From IMG/VR virus record IMGVR_UViG_3300025407_001359: DNA of 64,000 nt; one strand, written 5' to 3'. How positions within the stretch are numbered: position 1 is the stretch's first letter; each line of letters starts with the position of its first letter. The position numbers and the translations under genes were made by a program. This DNA is from a virus. Under the pieces are notes generated by a model, which was not told where the DNA came from, did no database searches, and saw only the letters and a program-made list of their open reading frames with translations. Shown in pieces: positions 48,148 to 56,253 of the stretch.

Positions 48148-49403
48148 TGAATCCGTACGGAATTGAACAAAATCCCAAGCTGGGCTATTACAAGGTAGCC
48201 GATCAGGTTTTTTACAGCAAGCCCGAAGCCTATATCTATGCTACCAATATTGGTATGGACCCAGTGTGGAATTTCAACGCTGTAACCTATGCCAAGACCC
48301 AGTGGAACGTTGAACCTGAGCTGGACATACGTGAGCTGTACAAAATGCGAGCACAGCAGATTCGTGATCGCTATGACTGGATACGTGTGGAAGCATCAGG
48401 TGGTGGTGACTCAACCACGGCTATTTTCAGTTTCTTGCTGAATGGTATACACCTGGACGAAGTCATATTTCGTTATCCCAAGCAGGGTGAAAAAGGAGTC
48501 AGTAATGATCCTTTCACAACCAATCCCATTAATACCTTGAGTGAGTGGCAGTTTGCGGCTCGCCCACTGTTGGATTGGATCAAAACGCACTATCCCAAAA
48601 CTATCTGCACAGTACACGACTATTCAGAGGATATGCTCAAAGAAGAAGGTACCAGAGATGAGTCGTGGGTGTTTACTACCAAAGACTGGTTCCAACCCGG
48701 GCACGGCAGCAAACACACACACTTTGGCACAAAGGAACACAGAGATCTAGCCGAATCGGGCAAACAGATTGCTGTGGTGTACGGAGTAGACAAACCCAAA
48801 GTGGCTTTGGTTGACAACGAATGGTACAGCTACTTTATTGACTTACACGCCAATCACGGCAATCCAGTCAGCAACGGGCACGACAACATTACCACTGAGT
48901 TGTTTTACTGGACACCAGACTTGCCTGAGATTTCAGTCAAACAGGCACACCTGATTCGTCGCTGGTTTGATATGCCACAGAACCATCACCTGCGTCACTT
49001 GGTCAACGAACAAGATCCCAATCAGCGTACTGCTTATGAATTTATTGCCAAGAGCATTATATACCCAGATTATGATCTGCAGACCTGGCAAACTGCCAAA
49101 CCCACCAACAGTTTTTATAACGAAATGGACTATTGGTTCTTTACCAATTTCAAAGATACCAACCTGTACAATGCCTGGGAACAAGGTCTCAAATTCTTAA
49201 CCGACAAAATCAATCCCAAGTATTTTTATCGTCAATTAGGCGAACCAGTGGGACTGACTATGCAACGCAGTCCCTACTATCACATTGGTACTGCTGCAAT
49301 TTCTGACTCAGCACCGGCTGTGCCCAACCGTGATTATATGCAAAAGAAACAGGTTGATGTGGCCCTGGTCAAAAATAAAAAGTTTACCACCGTTAAAATC
49401 TAA
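48147..49403 (+). CDS. PP-loop enzyme, paralog 3
   Basis: SGGGDS; YGVDKP; LFYWTPDLP; TAATG coupling at 48147. Confidence 0.8.
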   Translation: MNPYGIEQNPKLGYYKVADQVFYSKPEAYIYATNIGMDPVWNFNAVTYAKTQWNVEPELDIRELYKMRAQQIRDRYDWIRVEASGGGDSTTAIFSFLLNGIHLDEVIFRYPKQGEKGVSNDPFTTNPINTLSEWQFAARPLLDWIKTHYPKTICTVHDYSEDMLKEEGTRDESWVFTTKDWFQPGHGSKHTHFGTKEHRDLAESGKQIAVVYGVDKPKVALVDNEWYSYFIDLHANHGNPVSNGHDNITTELFYWTPDLPEISVKQAHLIRRWFDMPQNHHLRHLVNEQDPNQRTAYEFIAKSIIYPDYDLQTWQTAKPTNSFYNEMDYWFFTNFKDTNLYNAWEQGLKFLTDKINPKYFYRQLGEPVGLTMQRSPYYHIGTAAISDSAPAVPNRDYMQKKQVDVALVKNKKFTTVKI

Positions 49404-49440
49404 ACAGGTTGCTGGCTGGTTTTCGATAAATAATTGTACT

Positions 49441-49974
49441 ATGCCGGCAAATATTAAAGAACTACTACAAAATACCAAAGAAATTTTTATGACTGATTCA
49501 GCAGTGAGTACTCTGCTGGATTTTGAACGTGTGCTAGACGAATTAGACTTGTATGCGTTTGCTCATTGGAAAAATGGCGAATTGGTTGAAGGTCCTGTTT
49601 ACGAAAAATACTTTGTAAAATGCACCTTTATGTGGCCTTACAAAAAGATGCCAGACCCACGTGGTGCGGCACGACTAAGCGAGTACGATTGCGATATCAG
49701 CTACAAACAGGATTTCTTTGAACATCCTATCAAAGTAAAAACCCCAATGGATTTCAAACCAGGAACCAAGTTTCCTAGAATGATCAAAAGTCCAATTTGG
49801 TTGGTTGAAATTGTTATGCCCAAGAAACTGATGCAAGACATCGAGCAAGGCGCCTTGGAATTGGAATCGGGCACAGTTGATATGGAAGACATTGATTCTG
49901 CATACGAAACTGGCGCAGATGACGAAACACAAGCCACACAGGATTTGAACAATGAACAACAACCACAACAGTAA
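49441..49974 (+). CDS. Hypothetical late protein
   Basis: GATAAATA at 49425-49432; ATG at 49441. Confidence 0.75.
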   Translation: MPANIKELLQNTKEIFMTDSAVSTLLDFERVLDELDLYAFAHWKNGELVEGPVYEKYFVKCTFMWPYKKMPDPRGAARLSEYDCDISYKQDFFEHPIKVKTPMDFKPGTKFPRMIKSPIWLVEIVMPKKLMQDIEQGALELESGTVDMEDIDSAYETGADDETQATQDLNNEQQPQQ

Positions 49975-50515
49975 TTTGGCCGAAGGATTGGAACAGGGCG
50001 ATCTAGCACGACTAATTCATACTGAATTGCACGTTGACGAGTTCAAAAGCAAGCTGGGCGATGATGCTGATGTAATTGTGCTCAGCTTCAAAGTTGATTC
50101 AAAAGAACCTGCAGCTGACCTGGTCGATTTCATTGAAAAAGGTTACGAGTGGGTGTTGGATTCTGACGTCAGCTCAGGCGAAATGGACGACGGCAGCTAT
50201 ATTGTGTTTGTTGAATTGGATCGCAATGCAGAATCTGCAGACAACATCATGATGTTGATGACCGATTTGATGAATGTGACTGACCAAGAAATATCAGACT
50301 GGCGTGTGCGTTATTACAAGGCACACAAAGAAAGAGAATTGAGTTTGGAATCATTGAAATCATTGATTCCCGACAGTCCCGAAGCCTACGAACGCAAGTA
50401 CGGACAACAAGAGATAGATGCATTAAAAACAGCTGCCGGTGTGGATGTTGATACCAAAGCACCAAAAAATGACTTTACTGAATCACTAAGGAATTTGGCC
50501 GGCATAATTCGATAA
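49952..50515 (+). CDS. Hypothetical protein
   Basis: 187-aa acidic ORF. Confidence 0.75.
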   Translation: MNNNHNSNLAEGLEQGDLARLIHTELHVDEFKSKLGDDADVIVLSFKVDSKEPAADLVDFIEKGYEWVLDSDVSSGEMDDGSYIVFVELDRNAESADNIMMLMTDLMNVTDQEISDWRVRYYKAHKERELSLESLKSLIPDSPEAYERKYGQQEIDALKTAAGVDVDTKAPKNDFTESLRNLAGIIR

Positions 50516-50527
50516 TAAGGAAATAAA

Positions 50528-51154
50528 ATGACTTTTCAATTTAATTTTACACAAGACCAATTACAACAATTTTTACCAAACAATCAGCACGTGCCACACT
50601 GGTACGAAGCACTAAGCAAAGTGTTGCCTGATTACGATATTACCACTGTACAACGTGTGGCCAGTTTCCTTGGCGAAACTTATGTGGAATCAGCTGGATA
50701 CACAGCTATTCAAGAAAACTTAAACTATCGTCCAGAGACACTAATGAAGACCTGGCCTAGTCATTTCCCAACTATGGATATTGCTAATCAATACGGTCAT
50801 CATCCCGAGCAGATCGCTAATCGTGCCTATGCTGGTCGTATGGGCAATGGTCCCGAAGAAAGCGGAGATGGTTGGAAGTTTTGCGGTCGTGGTTTGATTC
50901 AGCTTACCGGTCGTGCAAACTATCAAGCATTTGCCGACAGCATCAGTACACCAATTGATCAGTTGCCTGATTTCCTACAAACCTTTGAAGGCTGTGTACA
51001 AAGCGCCTGCTGGTTCTGGGAAGCAAACAACCTAAATCAGTATGCTGATCAAGGTGCCATTGATCACGAATCACGTATTGTAAACGGTGGTACACTGGGC
51101 TTGCAAGAACGTCGTGCCGCATACGAACGTGCTTTACAAATCTTACAATCATAA
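50528..51154 (+). CDS. GH19-family endolysin
   Basis: IQENLNY, IANRAY, GRGLIQLTG, WFW, VNGGTLGL. Confidence 0.92.
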   Translation: MTFQFNFTQDQLQQFLPNNQHVPHWYEALSKVLPDYDITTVQRVASFLGETYVESAGYTAIQENLNYRPETLMKTWPSHFPTMDIANQYGHHPEQIANRAYAGRMGNGPEESGDGWKFCGRGLIQLTGRANYQAFADSISTPIDQLPDFLQTFEGCVQSACWFWEANNLNQYADQGAIDHESRIVNGGTLGLQERRAAYERALQILQS

Positions 51155-51618
51155 TGTTTGAACTGATTGTCAACCATCTACTAGGCAATATACCTGTCTG
51201 GGTATTTCCATTCATGGCCGGCGGTGGAGTAGCCACTTACATCATAGCCGGTATTGCCAGTCATATACCACCTGTTAGAATATATGCTTTGATAGCACGT
51301 CCCGTAGCATTTGTGGTATTTGTACTAGGGGTGTTCTTTTATGGCGGTGCTGGTGTAATTGCTGTTCAGCAACAGGCCCTGGCTGAAGCCAAACAAAAAA
51401 TTGCCTTGGCAGAACAGGCCAGTGCAGATGCTAGCCAAAGACTGGCAGATGCACTAGCAGCCAACGAGCACTTGGTCAAAGGACGTGGCTACGGTGTCAA
51501 ACAAATTATTGTACACGACAAACAGATTATCGACAAAGACTGTGCCCGTATCAATGATCAGGCCTGGGCCGACTACAATCGTGCTGTAAAAAATACAGGA
51601 AGTGCTCCAGCCAAATGA
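51154..51618 (+). CDS. Inner-membrane spanin (Rz-like)
   Basis: TM helices plus a coiled coil; follows the endolysin. Confidence 0.7.
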   Translation: MFELIVNHLLGNIPVWVFPFMAGGGVATYIIAGIASHIPPVRIYALIARPVAFVVFVLGVFFYGGAGVIAVQQQALAEAKQKIALAEQASADASQRLADALAANEHLVKGRGYGVKQIIVHDKQIIDKDCARINDQAWADYNRAVKNTGSAPAK

Positions 51619-51884
51619 AAAGATCAATAGTTATACTTTCTTTGTTGTTATCTGCTTGTGCCAATACAGCCGCACCAGTTATACCTGCGTGGCCCACAGC
51701 ACCGGCTGATCTACAGCGACCAGCTGCTGATCTAACACCGCTTACTCCTGACCAACGCAACCTGTCAGATCTAATTTCTAACTCCAATGACAATTATACT
51801 CAGTACTACATCCTAAAAGAACGCTATGAAGGTTGGCAGAACTGGTACAACACTCAACAAAAAATTTGGCAAGGCCTACAGTAA
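51615..51884 (+). CDS. Outer-membrane spanin lipoprotein (Rz1-like)
   Basis: Lipobox LSAC; Pro-rich. Confidence 0.75.
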   Translation: MKRSIVILSLLLSACANTAAPVIPAWPTAPADLQRPAADLTPLTPDQRNLSDLISNSNDNYTQYYILKERYEGWQNWYNTQQKIWQGLQ

Positions 51885-51955
51885 TCAAACTGTAACACAA
51901 CGATTTACAGAAAAAACTAAATAAGTGCGTACATAATTTTTTCTGTGGATTTTCA

Positions 51956-53008
51956 ATGACCAAACTGCTTTTTATTCTCAAACGACGAGAAGATTACAAT
52001 CCTGTCAAGCATTCGCCGCTGGGCTTGTCAACAGGCCTATTTAACTCGGCCAGCTTTGTTGTCAATATGCTTAACTCGGCTGGTATCGAAGCGGCTATGG
52101 AAGTGGCCATAGACAACAACTGTATCGACCAAATGGTCAAACAACACCAACCCACTCACGTGATCATTGAAGCATTATGGGTGGTGCCAACTAAATTTTC
52201 AGTATTGACCAAACTACACCCCAATGTAAAATGGATCATTCGTTTGCACAGCGAAATGCCATTCATGGCCGGCGAAGGTATGGCCATGGATTGGTTGGGA
52301 GAATACATCAATTTTCCAACCATTGACATTGGCATCAATGCTCCACGTATGTTGAGCGAAATACAAACATATCTTACTGTTAAAAAGGGCTGGAATAAAC
52401 AGCAAACTGCTGAACGTATCTATTATTTGCCCAATCACTACCCACAGGATTATGTACACAAACTGTTTGACCGCAACAAATACTGGATTGACATTGGCTG
52501 TTTTGGTGCTGTACGGCCCTTAAAGAATCATATGCTACAAGCAGTGGCAGCCCTTAAATTTGCAACAAAAATCAACAAACAATTACGATTCCATATCAAC
52601 TCGGGACGCATAGAAATGAAGGGCGATCCTGTTATGCATAATTTACGTGGATTTTTTCAACACCTAAGCGATGCTGGACATCAGTTGATCGGACACGAGT
52701 GGTGTCCTAGAGAAGAGTTCCTTGAAGTATGTGCTGGTATGGACATTGGGTTGCAATGTAATTTTAGCGAAACATTTAACATTGTCACAGCAGATCTAAT
52801 CAGCCAAGGTGTTCCCATTGTGGGCAGTAAAGAAATACCCTGGAGTTGTGAGTTTTTTAATGCAGATCCAACCGACAGCGACGATATTGCTGATAAATTG
52901 CTACGCACCTATCGTTTCGCTGGGTTTAATGTTTGGCGCAATCAGCAAAATTTAACTAAATACACAGACAATACCCAGAATGTATGGGAAACAAAATTCA
53001 AGGAATAA
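51956..53008 (+). CDS. GT-B glycosyltransferase
   Basis: IRLHSE, GCFGAVRPLKN, SETFNIVTAD...GVPIVG. Confidence 0.8.
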   Translation: MTKLLFILKRREDYNPVKHSPLGLSTGLFNSASFVVNMLNSAGIEAAMEVAIDNNCIDQMVKQHQPTHVIIEALWVVPTKFSVLTKLHPNVKWIIRLHSEMPFMAGEGMAMDWLGEYINFPTIDIGINAPRMLSEIQTYLTVKKGWNKQQTAERIYYLPNHYPQDYVHKLFDRNKYWIDIGCFGAVRPLKNHMLQAVAALKFATKINKQLRFHINSGRIEMKGDPVMHNLRGFFQHLSDAGHQLIGHEWCPREEFLEVCAGMDIGLQCNFSETFNIVTADLISQGVPIVGSKEIPWSCEFFNADPTDSDDIADKLLRTYRFAGFNVWRNQQNLTKYTDNTQNVWETKFKE

Positions 53009-53009
53009 T

Positions 53010-53407
53010 ATGAGCAAGTTACATAGAGTTAGAACACACCATTTACGCCTGGGTCGTATGATTATCAAAGATCACCTATTTGAAAGCCTGGAGCAAGCAC
53101 TCACATTTGGCAATAGCGTTAGCGATGCTGAGAGTGTAAAAGTATACGATCACCAAGACCAAATCACACACGACTTGACGTCAGTGAGTACAGACACCTA
53201 CGCCTAGGAACCACAATGCCACACAAAGTCAGAACACACCATTGGTACAACGGAATTCTAGAGTTCAAAGATCACGTGTTTGAAACTCTGGACCGCGCAT
53301 TGCATTTTGCCAATACGTCTGATGCAAATGTGACCAAAGTTTATGATGAGAACGATGCTATTGTGCATCAGGTGCAAAAAACCACAAGCGTTGACACATA
53401 CGCATAA
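53010..53407 (+). CDS. Tandem paralogous His-rich small proteins (53010-53207 and 53217-53407)
   Basis: Both have VRTHH, KDHxFE and KVYD, and both end in DTYA*. Confidence 0.75.
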
Positions 53408-53410
53408 GGA

Positions 53411-53821
53411 TTGGCTGTGAAAAAGTTATTGTTATTGTTATCAGTATTGACACTAAATGGTTGCGCTGTGTATGATGCTGTCACAATGACCAAATACGAT
53501 CCCAACGAGTACTTGTTGATATCTGAAATTCGCGTGGATGCTCGTCATTATGCCACCGGATGCACCAATCCAATCATGAGTCAGCCCAATGCAGTGGCAA
53601 TGGCTCGTAAAACTGAATTGTTTGAAGCCTACAGCGAAAACCTGCCCAGCAACGGCGACGGCGTCAAGGCTGCCAAATCGCTAAATGAAATAGCACAAGG
53701 TTTAGTTGCACGTTATAATTCGGGTGACGCAGTTAGTCCCTTGTTTTGTAAATTGAAGTTTGAAGGAATCGAGCACAGCGCCGATACAATACAACACGTT
53801 CTAGGAAACAGACCAAGATGA
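53411..53821 (+). CDS. Lipoprotein
   Basis: Lipobox LNGC; TTG start with AAGGA SD. Confidence 0.7.
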   Translation: MAVKKLLLLLSVLTLNGCAVYDAVTMTKYDPNEYLLISEIRVDARHYATGCTNPIMSQPNAVAMARKTELFEAYSENLPSNGDGVKAAKSLNEIAQGLVARYNSGDAVSPLFCKLKFEGIEHSADTIQHVLGNRPR

Positions 53822-54075
53822 CATTAGATGATATCAACACTCAATTGGCTGCACTGGTAAACTCAGGTGATCCTACCTTTGCCAATGCTGCAAATTATGT
53901 AGCGCAGGCCACACAGGCTGCGCAGAGCGGACAAATGAGTCCGCAAGAGCTAGCAGAAACGCTGAAAGACTTGCAACGTCAAATGGATATTATCCAGGAT
54001 ATGAGCCAGTTACAATTTAAAGAAACATTAAACACTTGCATCAATGGTCTATTGATCATAGCCGGTGCAGTATAA
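53818..54075 (+). CDS. Hypothetical protein
   Basis: ATGA overlap. Confidence 0.65.
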   Translation: MTLDDINTQLAALVNSGDPTFANAANYVAQATQAAQSGQMSPQELAETLKDLQRQMDIIQDMSQLQFKETLNTCINGLLIIAGAV

Positions 54076-54090
54076 TCAAGGAGAAGTAAA

Positions 54091-54435
54091 ATGAGTTGGT
54101 TTACAGATATAGAAAAAAAGATAGCCGATAAAGTTGCCGGTGCTTTTACCAAAGCTGAGGATTTATTAAACAAAGCTGAACACGTTATCATTGACGATGT
54201 TAAAGGTGCGTTTGAACAATCACGTCAAGCTGCGTTAGATGCCAATGTTGAAGTAAATACTCTTAAAGCACAACTACAAGATGCTCTAGTACGTGCAAGA
54301 GATTTACATCAGGCCGCTGTTGATGCAGCCAACGCCGCTGTTGCAGCCGCCGAAGCAGATGTTGTAAGATTCAAAGCTGCCGCAGCCGCACACGCAGCCG
54401 ATTTGGCGACACAAGCAAGTCAAATTATACAATAA
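54091..54435 (+). CDS. Ala-rich coiled-coil protein
   Basis: AAGGAG SD. Confidence 0.75.
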   Translation: MSWFTDIEKKIADKVAGAFTKAEDLLNKAEHVIIDDVKGAFEQSRQAALDANVEVNTLKAQLQDALVRARDLHQAAVDAANAAVAAAEADVVRFKAAAAAHAADLATQASQIIQ

Positions 54436-54456
54436 TAAAAACCAGCAGGAGCTAAA

Positions 54457-55128
54457 ATGCCAACGTCACAAGAGTATTCAGAATTAAGCGACAGCGACAA
54501 GAAAAAAGAAGATTGGATGAACAGCAAATGGCGTCCAATGATGGGCTGGATGTATATGGCTGTTTGTATGTTTGACTTTATGTTGGCACCAATATTATGG
54601 TCAATGCTACAAGCTGTGTTTCACGGCGGAATCAACACACAATGGCAACCATTGACACTACAAGGCGCCGGTTTGTTTCACATTGCAATGGGTGCCGTAT
54701 TGGGTATTGCTGCATACGGTCGCACACAAGAAAAAATGGCTGGTGCCAATAACGGCGGCCTAACACAACCAGTAGGTACCACATATATTCCGCCAGGCGG
54801 TATGCAGGGCGGTATGAACTCAGGTATGGGCGGTGGATTTGGCGGACAATCATCAGGTGGATTTGGTGGCAGCACTGGAGGCTTTGGCGGACAATCATCA
54901 GGTGGATTTGGCGCACCAGCCGCAGGAGGTTTTGGTTCGGGTACCACAGGAGGTTTTGGTACTCCGGCCGCAGGTGGATTTGGCAGTCCCGCAACCGCAC
55001 CAAGTACAGGTTCATTTGGATCAGCAACACCAGCCGCACCAAGTACAGGATTTGGTGCTGCATCTACTCCGTCTTTAAATGCAAACGGACAAAAAATAGT
55101 TCCTCAAACAGCATTTCCTGCGTTATAA
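54457..55128 (+). CDS. Holin (GTA 3TM-type) with an FG-repeat C-terminal tail
   Basis: KWRPMMGW...FHIAMGAVLGIAAYGRTQEK; 9 FG repeats. Confidence 0.75.
   Translation: MPTSQEYSELSDSDKKKEDWMNSKWRPMMGWMYMAVCMFDFMLAPILWSMLQAVFHGGINTQWQPLTLQGAGLFHIAMGAVLGIAAYGRTQEKMAGANNGGLTQPVGTTYIPPGGMQGGMNSGMGGGFGGQSSGGFGGSTGGFGGQSSGGFGAPAAGGFGSGTTGGFGTPAAGGFGSPATAPSTGSFGSATPAAPSTGFGAASTPSLNANGQKIVPQTAFPAL
54838..54911 (+). repeat. 29-nt exact direct repeat within the holin tail
   Basis: TTTGGCGGACAATCATCAGGTGGATTTGG at 54838 and 54883. Confidence 0.9.
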
Positions 55129-55149
55129 TATAGTTACTAAGGAGAAATT

Positions 55150-55323
55150 ATGAAAAAATTATTGATCGTTTTAATCTCAACAATGTTGGCAACAACATCG
55201 GTGTATGCAACTCAAAAAAACAAACCAGCTGCACAGAAAAAAGTAGTTAAAAAACACCAACGTGTTGATGGTACCAAGGTAGCCGACGACAAACCAACTG
55301 CACCTGTTAAAAAGAAAAAATAA
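55150..55323 (+). CDS. Small secreted Lys-rich protein; not in the ORF track
   Basis: AAGGAG SD; signal peptide; 57 aa. Confidence 0.65.
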   Translation: MKKLLIVLISTMLATTSVYATQKNKPAAQKKVVKKHQRVDGTKVADDKPTAPVKKKK

Positions 55324-55339
55324 TATTTTTTTACCTATT

Positions 55340-55380
55340 AAAGCCGGTAGTTTGACTCTGCCGGCTTTTTCATTTATAAT
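55340..55380 (+). terminator. Intrinsic terminator overlapping the sigma70 promoter of dnaJ
   Basis: AAAGCCGG...CCGGCTTTTT; TTGACT(55352)-17-TATAAT(55375). Confidence 0.8.
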
Positions 55381-55386
55381 ACTACA

Positions 55387-56238
55387 ATGACTTATTACGA
55401 AATTTTGGGTGTCGGCGATAAAGCCACTGCCGAAGAAATCAAACGTGCTTATCGCAAGCTCGCAAGTCAGCACCACCCTGACAAAGGTGGTGATACCAAA
55501 CGATTCCAAGAAATACAAACAGCCTACGACACTCTAAGCGATAATAACAAGCGTCAACAGTATGATATGCAACGCAACGGATTTGGTGGTGGTCCTGGCG
55601 GCGTACACTTTACCTGGCATTCCAATGATGCCAACCATCCCGACATCAATGAAATATTTCGCAATTTTGGGTTTGGTGGTTTCAGCAACGATCCTTTTAG
55701 TCCATTCAGACAAAGAGAAAGACGCAATAAAGATCTGCGCATAGAAATTCCTGTGGATCTGATAGACACTTTGCAAGATCAAACCAAAACTATCAGTGTA
55801 CAAACCACAAACGGGCAACGCAGTACAATGGAAGTGAATATTCCTAGAGGAGTAACTTCTGGTACACAGATCAAATATGCCGGTTTGGGAGACAATTTAT
55901 TTGACACCATTCCCAGAGGTGATCTTTATGTGCAATTCAGTGTGCGTGTTCCGGAAAGGTTTGTTGTACATAATCTTGACATTCATACCCAAGTTGTAGT
56001 AAACTGTTTAACAGCAATAGTTGGGGGTACAGTTGTAGTTGCAGGTATAGACAACAAAGAATTTGAATTGACAATTCCACCGGGCACACAACCTGGGACC
56101 AAATTTAGATTGGCTCACAATGGATTGTACCAATTAAATTCAAGTGAGCGTGGTCACCTGTACATAGAACTGGCAGTCAGTATACCACGAGATCTTTCAG
56201 CCGATCAACTTGAAATTATAAAGAATCTTATCAATTAA
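55387..56238 (+). CDS. dnaJ: DnaJ/CbpA-type co-chaperone without a zinc finger
   Basis: YYEILGV, HPDKGG, G/F-rich region, GDLYV C-terminal domain. Confidence 0.93.
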   Translation: MTYYEILGVGDKATAEEIKRAYRKLASQHHPDKGGDTKRFQEIQTAYDTLSDNNKRQQYDMQRNGFGGGPGGVHFTWHSNDANHPDINEIFRNFGFGGFSNDPFSPFRQRERRNKDLRIEIPVDLIDTLQDQTKTISVQTTNGQRSTMEVNIPRGVTSGTQIKYAGLGDNLFDTIPRGDLYVQFSVRVPERFVVHNLDIHTQVVVNCLTAIVGGTVVVAGIDNKEFELTIPPGTQPGTKFRLAHNGLYQLNSSERGHLYIELAVSIPRDLSADQLEIIKNLIN

Positions 56239-56253
56239 CCACTAAATATTTTT

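Noticed and set aside
43511-49403. Lasso-peptide cluster interpretation of the PP-loop genes
   Set aside because: No B1/B2 (RRE or transglutaminase) genes and no convincing precursor with Thr at -2 and Asp/Glu at position 7-9 were found nearby.
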